A stretch of DNA of 63,635 nucleotides, counting the filler, from Thraustochytrium aureum (taxonomy: Eukaryota): assembly GCA_012862495.1 (NCBI GenBank). It is 5 parts of 4 records of this genome, joined end to end, with 100 filler letters (N's around TTAATTAATTAA, not from the genome) between each part and the next. Parts side by side here need not be neighbours in the genome. Positions count along the whole stretch, not along the records: positions 27,886 to 43,681 come from BLSG01000011.1; positions 43,782 to 50,071 come from BLSG01000011.1; 3 more parts are not named here. One strand, 5' to 3'. A program made the position numbers and the translations under genes. Under the pieces are notes generated by a model. It saw only the letters and a list, made by a program, of their open reading frames with translations. It searched no databases and was not told the DNA's origin. Below, one piece after another: positions 34,562 to 43,887 of the stretch (positions are counted from its first letter, which is position 1; each line of letters opens with the position of its first letter).

Positions 34562-35228
34562 GTGGCGCAAGACCGGTGCCTTCTGTGCTTGCACCGGGGC
34601 GGGGCGGTCTCGTTCCAGATCGACGAGCCTCGCTGGGCCCTGTGGCACCAACAGAACAGAGTAGACCTCAGCAACCCTGCGCACAGAACATCTGGGACAC
34701 CGTTTTAGGCTCTANNNNNNNNNNNNNNNNNNNNNNNNNNNNNNNNNNNNNNNNNNNNNNNNNNNNNNNNNNNNNNNNNNNNNNNNNNNNNNNNNNNNNN
34801 NNNNNNNNNNNNNNNNNNNNNNNNNNNNNNNNNNNNNNNNNNNNNNNNNNNNNNNNNNNNNNNNNNNNNNNNNNNNNNNNNNNNNNNNNNNNNNNNNNNN
34901 NNNNNNNNNNNNNNNNNNNNNNNNNNNNNNNNNNNNNNNNNNNNNNNNNNNNNNNNNNNNNNNNNNNNNNNNNNNNNNNNNNNNNNNNNNNNNNNNNNNN
35001 NNNNNNNNNNNNNNNNNNNNNNNNNNNNNNNNNNNNNNNNNNNNNNNNNNNNNNNNNNNNNNNNNNNNNNNNNNNNNNNNNNNNNNNNNNNNNNNNNNNN
35101 NNNNNNNNNNNNNNCGCCTCATTTGGAGCCCCATCTCATGCCCGGGGCCTGGCTCTGAGACTGCCCGGCGGGAGGTCTCGCCCTCGCGCGGCCGGAGCTC
35201 TAGAGGTAGTTAGTTACTCAGACCCGCA

Positions 35229-35605
35229 CCCTTCCCGGGAGCTCTCCTTGGCGGTGCCTTTGTGGTGCTGGGACACGTTCGGCCCACGACTTCTCTTCCA
35301 ACTTCGGGAAGGTCTTTACACGCGCTCGCGCGACCGAGTGCAGGGAGCTCTATTCCGAGCAGCGCCCTTCCCGGGAGCTCACCTTGGCGATGCCTTTGTG
35401 GTGCAGGGACACGTTCAGCCCACAACTCCTCAAACACTCCTCAGCGGGCGCCGGGACCTCCCCAAGGCCTGCCCTCTGAGGCAGTCCGGGATGCCTCGAC
35501 CTCGCGCAATTGGTGCAGGGAGCAGTTCGGGAGGCCCATCCGTCGCGCAGAGCCTTGCCGGGAGCTCCCTTGGCGTTGCCTTTGTAGGTGCCGGGACCCA
35601 CACGT
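35229..35605. repeat. Three degenerate copies of a ~60-bp unit (CCGGGAGCTC.CCTTGGCG.TGCCTTTGT.GTGC.GGGAC)
   Basis: Copies near 35235, 35371 and 35558. Confidence 0.75.
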
Positions 35606-35873
35606 GTGATGCCAGTCAGGTTCCAGCTTGTGACGGCATGTCCCGGCGATTCTCGTCAGGCGTCGAGGTAGGTCCCAGCATGCCACGCGATTCGACCAAG
35701 CGACTGGCCAAACATATCAGCCATAAACCGGGCTACGCCGTCGCGTGACAGCGACACAAAGGCAATCCCCAATCGCGAGGAGCTAGCACTCAGTACACCA
35801 GCCCATCGAGACGAGCACGAGCACGAGCAGAACAAAGGCATTCGGAAAAAAGTCTGTGGGGCGGCCAGGTATC

Positions 35874-37135
35874 ATGAAAGAGCTTGGGCCAACGAGCTCC
35901 AGTCAGCAACAACTGGAGCTCGTTGACCGCACGCGAAGCGCGTTAATCGGTACAGGGGCCTCCCGCGATGTCGACACGTCTCTGCATCGCGTGCTGGACG
36001 CAGTGCCCCAGTTTGTCGTGGTCGGCGCCCAGAGCGCGGGCAAAAGCTCTGTGCTTTCACGGATCAGCGGTGTGACCTTTCCGCAGAAATCCGAGCGCTG
36101 CACACGCATTGGAATTCTGCTCAAGATCCGACGCGGTCCGGAACAACCGGTGCGGGTTCGCCTTGTTGGGGAAGGGATGTGCGAGGAGTTTCCTGTAGAG
36201 GGTGACAAGACAGACGAGGCGATCTGCCGCGCGCAAGACATGGCTATCGAGAGAACAAGCGCTGGAGATGGCTTTGTTTCGACGCTCGAGATCGAGGTTG
36301 AAGTACAGGGGCCGACCCGATTCAACATTACGCTCATCGACCTGCCAGGGCTCCTTGCGCCCAAACCGCATTGCACGGACCCAGAAACCGTGGACAAGAT
36401 GGTCTCAAAGTACGCCAACATGTCGGGCAGTCTCCTTCTGTTCATCGTGCCGTGCGAGTAAGTTTTAGGCGCTTGGCGCGGCTTTCCCTTCTCTTCACTA
36501 ACGTGTGAAAACCACAGCCAGGACTTTGACACTGTTCTTGGCAAGCACATTGTGAGCGACCACGTGGACAAGACCACGACGGTGCTCGTAAAACTCGACA
36601 TGCTTTTCAAGCAAGGCGAAGAGCAGGCGAGGTCTCGCATGGCAAAGGTTGTACACGACACAGTTGAGCCGCGCGTGGTTGTCTGGGCAACCTTGAGGCG
36701 CACATAGATGAAGAGCAAGCTCTGAACGAGTTCAACACTATTCTATGTGGTGGCGAACTTGAGGGTGAATTGGAGCGCGGCTGTTCTAGCCTTGTGCGAA
36801 TCATCGCAGAGCGCATGCAACTGCACATCGAGCAGCAGCTGCCAAAGCTGTTAAAGGTCGTCGAGGGTGAGCGAGACGTGTTGCGCACGCTCCTTCAAGA
36901 GCTTGCAAGCCGCGAGCCGCACGAGATCATGGCTGTGGCCCAGAGCACTGCCAAAGAGGCACTGGATGGGCGTGCAATGGAGCGCAACGCTTTTCTCCGG
37001 GAACAGCGGGATGCAATCAACACCGGGGTCAAGAGGTCGGGCGTGAAACTCCCGTCTGAGGAGAATTTGCTTGTTGCTTCCGATTCGGATGGAGATTTCA
37101 TCTTTGTCGGCGCTGAAATCCTGGCTCCGCATCCG
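35874..37135 (+). CDS. Dynamin-family GTPase, Mx-like; intron 36458-36517, indel near 36683, 3' part in gap
   Basis: G1 VVGAQSAGKSSVL..ISGVTFP, G2 CTR, G3 LIDLPG, G4 VKLD after splicing; middle-domain G...L...I......HI...LP.L. Confidence 0.85.
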
Positions 37136-38070
37136 NNNNNNNNNNNNNNNNNNNNNNNNNNNNNNNNNNNNNNNNNNNNNNNNNNNNNNNNNNNNNNNNN
37201 NNNNNNNNNNNNNNNNNNNNNNNNNNNNNNNNNNNNNNNNNNNNNNNNNNNNNNNNNNNNNNNNNNNNNNNNNNNNNNNNNNNNNNNNNNNNNNNNNNNN
37301 NNNNNNNNNNNNNNNNNNNNNNNNNNNNNNNNNNNNNNNNNNNNNNNNNNNNNNNNNNNNNNNNNNNNNNNNNNNNNNNNNNNNNNNNNNNNNNNNNNNN
37401 NNNNNNNNNNNNNNNNNNNNNNNNNNNNNNNNNNNNNNNNNNNNNNNNNNNNNNNNNNNNNNNNNNNNNNNNNNNNNNNNNNNNNNNNNNNNNNNNNNNN
37501 NNNNNNNNNNNNNNNNNNNNNNNNNNNNNNNNNNNNNNNNNNNNNNNNNNNNNNNNNNNNNNNNNNNNNNNNNNNNNNNNNNNNNNNNNNNNNNNNNNNN
37601 NNNNNNNNNNNNNNNNNNNNNNNNNNNNNNNNNNNNNNNNNNNNNNNNNNNNNNNNNNNNNNNNNNNNNNNNNNNNNNNNNNNNNNNNNNNNNNNNNNNN
37701 NNNNNNNNNNNNNNNNNNNNNNNNNNNNNNNNNNNNNNNNNNNNNNNNNNNNNNNNNNNNNNNNNNNNNNNNNNNNNNNNNNNNNNNNNNNNNNNNNNNN
37801 NNNNNNNNNNNNNNNNNNNNNNNNNNNNNNNNNNNNNNNNNNNNNNNNNNNNNNNNNNNNNNNNNNNNNNNNNNNNNNNNNNNNNNNNNNNNNNNNNNNN
37901 NNNNNNNNNNNNNNNNNNNNNNNNNNNNNNNNNNNNNNNNNNNNNNNNNNNNNNNNNNNNNNNNNNNNNNNNNNNNNNNNNNNNNNNNNNNNNNNNNNNN
38001 NNNNNNNNNNNNNNNNNNNNNNNNNNNNNNNNNNNNNNNNNNNNNNNNNNNNNNNNNNNNNNNNNNNNNN

Positions 38071-38716
38071 GTTTGTGCGGTTCGGCCAACGGGGCGCGGC
38101 GCCGCCGCCCGCAGCCGAATGCGCTGCAAGCAGGCGCAGCAAGCTCTGCGCAGGTCAACTGTACAGATTCTTCAGCGCCGTTGCGCTCGCCATGCTTGAG
38201 AGCGACGGCGCTGGGGCTCGGGGAGAGCGCGTTTGTGCACTGTTTGGTGCCTTCCACGCCCCAGTCATTGCACAGGCGCTCTTGGACACGCTGGGAAAGC
38301 ACATGTCCAGTATGTTGTGGCCGTGCCCCGTTTCGCAGGGCGGGCCAGGGCGGCAGATGCTGCTCTCGATCGTGGACGCGATCTGCGCGTCGTACTTTGT
38401 GTTTGCAGCAGTGGAACGCCAGCTTTTGGTTCACCGAGGCCCCACGCTGCACGCACCGGCCAATCACGAGCGGCTCCTGTCCAGCCTCGCAAGGCTGCAA
38501 CGCGCGCTCCTCGAGAGCGCGCCATCTGCATCCTGCCGGCACTCTACACGGACCACCTTGCGTCGCTCTTTACAGCACGACCAGGGCACGGCCAGGAGGC
38601 AGCATGCCGCGATATCTGATGCGAGCGATGCGTGTACACCGCGTCAGCTTTGGCGACCACATCCCAAGACCCAAGACCGGACCAACGCAAGGCCAGCAAG
38701 CGCACAGTTTGATTGA
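38071..38716 (+). CDS. 3' fragment of a hypothetical helical protein
   Basis: Open frame following the gap; no recognisable motif. Confidence 0.3.
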
Positions 38717-38760
38717 GTGTGAGCGGAAAGGAACTAAACTGGGACACGTTTTATGTGCGC

Positions 38761-38829
38761 ACAACTGTTCTCAGCGCTCCCCGCTCGGGCCGGGGCCCGG
38801 TTCGCGGGGGGCGCGTCATCAAGGCTGCC
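38761..38829 (-). promoter_or_regulatory. SECIS element, type II
   Basis: Minus strand reads GGCAGCCUUG-AUGA-C-GCGCCCCCCGC-G-AA-C-CGGGC-CCCG-GCCCG-A-GCGGGGAGCGC-UGAG-AACAGUUGU: AUGA/GA core, 11-bp helix II, unpaired AA, apical mini-stem and helix I. Confidence 0.85.
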
Positions 38830-38985
38830 GACCCGTGGAACTCTGCAAGTCGTCCTCGAACGGGTTGGACTTGCAGGTTGCTCGGTCGCGGCGTGCGCTC
38901 GCCCCTGTATTCACATTGTGGCCTGCTCTGCGCGCAGCACAGCGGGCCATCGGAGACAGCGCCGCGGCGTCCTGGCCGCGGCTCT

Positions 38986-39378
38986 CTAGCCTCACCCGCC
39001 CCTCGGGCGCCTTCTGTCCGCGCCCCACGCCCGCGCAGGCCGCGGCTCGCGCGGTGCAAGCAGCCCGCCGAAGCTGTCCGAGGCGTGCGGCGTCGCCCTT
39101 GCCGCCGCCCCTGCACTCCGCGCGGCGCTCTTCTTCAGCCTCCTCTCCTCCGCCGCCTTCTTGCTCGCCTCCTCCAGGCGCTGCTGCTGCTCCGCGCGCA
39201 CGCGCAGCATATCGGCCTGGCGTTGTCGCAGCAGCTCTGCCCGCGCCGCGGCGGCCTCCTCGAGCGCCGCCGCGCGCCGCCTCCAGGCCACGACCAGCAG
39301 AGCAACAAGCAGCGCCAGGACGAGGAGGCCCAGCATCGCCGGCGCCATCCTCTCCCGCGCCGCGTCCTGGGCGTCCAT
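38986..39378 (-). CDS. SELENOS: Selenoprotein S-like (SelS/SelK family) membrane protein; UGA at 38992-38994 read as Sec
   Basis: Single N-terminal TM helix, coiled coil (ADMLRVRAEQQQRL), G/P/R-rich tail ending RRRPRGG-TGA-GGC-TAG (human SelS ends GGUG*); SECIS about 160 nt downstream. Confidence 0.85.
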
Positions 39379-40059
39379 GGCGCGCAGGAGCGTGGCCTGG
39401 GCGCTCGCTCGCTTCCGTCAGGGTCTGTTCGCCGAGCGAGAATCACATTGGCCCACCCCTTCTTGACGACAACGCTGCCGAGTTGGCGACCTGAGCGCCG
39501 TCGCTCCAAGCGAACACCGCCCAGCGGCGCATTGCCGCGCAGGCGGCCGGCAGTCGACGCAGCTGGGCTTGCCCTGGCCAGTACAGCGAGCTGCCTGCGT
39601 GTACGTGCGCGGTGGATGGTGAGGACTGCNNNNNNNNNNNNNNNNNNNNNNNNNNNNNATTGGTTGTGGAGCAGGGGAGCCTCCTTGAGGAGGCAACCGA
39701 CAGACCGGCGAGGGCAATTTTGGTTGTGTCGCCTTTCATCACGCGCGGGCAGCTGTTGTTGGCTGCGGCCTTGCTGCTGGCTGGCCGGCGCGCCGCGGCC
39801 GTGGGCTCCTCACCTGCGCGGCTGTGCGGCCTTGGCTGATCTTTCACGATCGCGAGCGACTTACCTCACTCTCTCTATCCTCTTGAGTGGCCTGCTCGAT
39901 GCAAACAGACCCTCATTCACTGCTCTGCAGGGCCAGATACGCAGCGAGGCAGGCACTGGCAGGCACCCGGCTGGCTGGCTGGCGAGCAGGCAGGCTGCGC
40001 AGGCAAGCGCGAGGGACGCGGTCGAAGGCAGAGAGAACGCCCGAAGGCGGCGAGACGCG

Positions 40060-42613
40060 ATGAAGCTCAACCCTCGCGAGAACAACAAGCTGCGGCTGAG
40101 ACAAGCCGGCGTTTTGGCGCAGAGCCGCCTCGCTCGCGGGCTTAAACTCAACCACCCAGGAGGCCGTTGCCCTGATCGCGACGCAGACGCTCGAGCTTGC
40201 CAGGGATGGGAAGAGCGTCGCGGAGCTCATGGACCTCGGCAGGAGCATGCTCGGGCACAGGCAGGTCATGCCTGGCGTGGCCAGCATGATCAGCATGGTC
40301 CAGGTCGAGGGCACCTTCCCGGACGGGACGAAACTGGTCACCGTGGACAGGCCCGTTTGCAAGGTGGACGGCGACATGAAGCTGGCGTTCCATGGAAGCC
40401 CCTACTCGGCACCAGAGCTGAGCGCCTTCGGCCCGCCCGAGGCCCCCGACCAAGGGCCCGCCCCCCAGGCCAAGTGCTCGCCGCGCCTGGAGAAATCGAG
40501 ATCAACGCCGGCCGAGAAAAGATCGAGCTGCTCGTGACCAACCTGGGCGACCGCCCATCCAGGTCGGCAGCCACTACCACTTTACCGAGACGAACCGCGC
40601 GCTCGAGTTTGACCGCGTCCGCGCCGTGGGCTTCCGACTCGACATCCTCTCGGGGACCGCTGTCCGGTTCGAGCCTGGTGATGTCAAAACCGTACGCCTC
40701 GTGCGCATCGCAGGCGCCCAGCGCGTCTGGGGCGGCAACAGCCTCGTCGATGGGCTCACGGACGACGCCCACATCGAAGCAGCCCGCGCCAACGTTGCCG
40801 CGCGCGTGGTCGAGCTCCAATTCGCGCACAAGGCCTCCGAAGGCGCCGACAGCAGCGGCGAGCAACCGGCCAAGCGGCAGCGCACAGAGCCGGTCAAGAC
40901 GACCGTCTCGCGGGAGCACTACGCGGAGATGTACGGGCCGAGCGCGGGCGACCGCGTGCGGCTGGGCAACACCGAGTTGTGGGTCAAGGTGGAGAAGGAC
41001 ATGACATCTTACGGCGACGAGTGCGTGTTTGGAGGAGGCAAGGTGCTCCGCGAGGGGATGGGCATGGCAGTCGGCGTCGAAGACTCCTCGCAGGTGCTCG
41101 ACCTCCTCATCTCCAACGCTCTCATCCTCGACTACACCGGCATCTACAAGGCCGACGTGGGCATTCGCGGCGGGCACATCTCTGGCATTGGCAAGGCCGG
41201 CAACCCGGACACGATGGCAGGCGTGACGCCAGGCATGACGGTCGGCGTCCACACCGAAGTGATTGCTGGCGAAAGGCTCATCCTCACTGCTGGCGCCTTC
41301 GATGCCCACGTGCACTACATTTGCCCGCAGCTCGTGGAGGAGGCCATCGCTAGCGGCATCACCACGTTGCTGGGTGGCGGCACGGGCCCCACGACCGGCA
41401 CGAACGCGACGACCTGCACCCCAGGCCCAGACCATGTCAAGATGATGCTCCAGGCCACCGAGCAGTTCCCGCTCAACTTTGGCTTTACCGGGAAGGGCAA
41501 CGCCTCCAAGCCGCAGGGCCTCCGCGAGGTGATCGAGGCCGGGGCGGTGGGGCTCAAGCTCCACGAAGACTGGGGCACCACGCCAGCCTCGATCGACACT
41601 GCGCTCACCGTCGCAGAGGCCATGGACGTGCAGATCACCATCCACACCGACACGCTAAACGAATCGGCGTGCTGCGAGGACTCGATCGCCGCCTTCAAAG
41701 GACGCACTATCCATACCTACCACAGCGAAGGCGCCGGCGGCGGTCACGCGCCAGACATCATCCGCGTGTGCGGCGTCAAGAACGTGCTGCCGAGCTCCAC
41801 CAACCCGACGCGGCCGTTCACGGTAAACACGGTTGACGAGCACCTGGACATGCTGCTGGTGTGCCATCACCTGCACAAGGACATCAAGGAGGACCTCGCT
41901 TTTGCAGAGTCCCGGATCCGCCAGGAGACCATCGCCGCCGAAGACATCCTTCACGACATGGGCGCGATCAGCATCATCTCGTCAGACTCGCAGGCCATGG
42001 GCCGCATCGGCGAGGTTGTCACGCGCACCTGGCAGACGGCGCACAAGATGAAGGTCCAGCGTGGCGCGCTCCCCGAGGACGCCGGCTCCGAGGCAGACAA
42101 CCTGCGCGCCAAGCGCTACGTGGCAAAATACACGATCAACCCCGCTGTCGCGCACGGCATGTCGCACCTCATCGGCTCCGTAGAGGTCGGCAAGCTGGCC
42201 GACCTTGTGCTCTGGAGCCCGGCCTTTTTCGGCGCCAAGCCGGAGATCGTGATCAAGGGCGGCACCATCGCTTATGCGCAAATGGGCGACGCCAACGCGT
42301 CGGTTCCCACGTGCGAGCCCGTCGTCATGCAGCCGATGTTTGCGGCCGCTGGCAAGGCTGTGGGCCCGCACTCCGTTGCCTTTGTGAGCCAGGCCGCGGC
42401 GGCTCGGGACGTGAAGACCCTCTACGGCCTCGACAAGCGTGTCGAGCCAATCAAGGGCTGCCGGAGCGTGGACAAAACGCACATGAAGCTCAACGACGCG
42501 CTTCCGAACATTACTGTCGACTCGGAGACGTACCAGGTCAAGGCGACGGGGTGTTGCTCTCGTGCGCGCCCCTCAGCAAGTGCCCGCTCGCCCAGACCTA
42601 CTCGCTGTTTTAG
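40060..42613 (+). CDS. URE: Urease, single-chain eukaryotic gamma-beta-alpha type (apparent indels near 40160, 40465, 40557, 42545)
   Basis: MKLNPRE..., [84 protein letters not shown]; ends LAQTYSLF*. Confidence 0.95.
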
Positions 42614-42888
42614 AGCGCGCTGCGCCAGCTCGAGACTTTGCTCTTCTGCTGCGTGCTTGCATCGACCTGCAGAGTTACCGGTAGATGATGCAGGCAGGCT
42701 CGCGCCGTGCCACGCCAGCGCAAGGGGAGGACCACGCAACACTTGCCTCGCTCGCTGTCAAAGGAGCACGCTCGCGTTTCTGGAGCGCCTCGCAGAGGGC
42801 CAACGATCAACTCAGCCGGCTCGACTGTCAAGCGAAAGACGCCTTTTCTCTTTTTTCTCTCCTCGCGGCACCCGCCTTCACCTAGGTA

Positions 42889-43681
42889 TCAATTGTCGCT
42901 GCCGCTCAGCGGGAACGAGCAGCGCAATACGCCGCCCGAGTTGAGCGAGCCAATCAGAACGTCCGGGAGTTCGAGGTCTGTCGGCTGACCCACGAATGCC
43001 GCAACTGTGGCTGCCGCCAGGTCCGTTGCCGCCTCAGAGTCAGCCTCACCGCGCGAGGCGTACACCAGTTGAGCGACGCTAGATTCGTCCCAGGGGCGTG
43101 GCAACCACCATACCTCGGACGCCGAACCGTGCGTTTCCGGGCTCACGACGTGCACCATGTTGTCCAGAGGGCGCGGGTGGCAAGCTGCGAGGAGCGAGCC
43201 GTCCTCTGCGACGTCGAGCTGGTCGCAAAACGTCCCCCACTCGAGCTTGCGAGTCTGCTGGAGCACCCGACCAGGCCCGATCGCAAACACGTACAGCGCG
43301 CGCTCCCGGTAGGCCGAAACCGCAAGGTAGTCTACCCGCCCCTCGCCGGGCGGGGAGATGACGGCCAGGCCCGTGGCCACGCCAAATGGGCCGGCCGCGA
43401 CTCGGCACCCGAAGGCCTTGCCGCGGGCCTTCCGCTCGCAAAGGCTGACAAAGCTCCTTCTGGTGCCCCACAACAGCTCCCCGTACTTTTCCAGCGTGCT
43501 GTTGCCGCCCAGCGCCGTCGTCACAAAGAAGGCATTCGCGCTCAGCGCAGCCACGCTGTGCAAGGCAGCGCCAGGCACGCTCGCCTCGTGCTCAAGCCGC
43601 TCGCCGTCAAACCCAAACACCTCGACGGCATCGCCGTCGCGGCGGTGGTTGACGACCATCACGACCCCGTGATCCTCGTGC
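42889..43681 (-). CDS. Paraoxonase/arylesterase-like six-bladed beta-propeller (5' truncated)
   Basis: VVNH....[37 protein letters not shown] pattern as in PON proteins. Confidence 0.7.
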
Positions 43682-43725
43682 NNNNNNNNNNNNNNNNNNN
43701 NNNNNNNNNNNNNNNNNNNNNNNNN

Positions 43726-43737
43726 TTAATTAATTAA
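43726..43737. other. Artificial contig linker
   Basis: TTAATTAATTAA between N runs. Confidence 0.95.
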
Positions 43738-43887
43738 NNNNNNNNNNNNNNNNNNNNNNNNNNNNNNNNNNNNNNNNNNNNTGAAGGGAAAAACCAACGC
43801 ATCGAGTGCGAGAACAGACCCTGAACGCCACGGACGCCACCGAGTCAGGGCCGCGACGGGCGGCGCCCTGCGGCGTTGCGCGAGGCC

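Noticed and set aside
36770..38716. A single 648-aa ORF joining the dynamin to the sequence after the gap (and other X-spanning ORFs)
   Set aside because: Continuity comes only from translating Ns; linkage and frame are unsupported.
40060..42613. Frequent frameshifts in conserved genes (urease, TrhO-RluA, BBIP1, dynamin, MSI) as programmed frameshifting, RNA editing or pseudogenisation
   Set aside because: Both insertions and deletions occur, mostly at homopolymers or CCWGG-like contexts, with catalytic motifs intact. Sequencing error is the simplest explanation; read or cDNA comparison would settle it.
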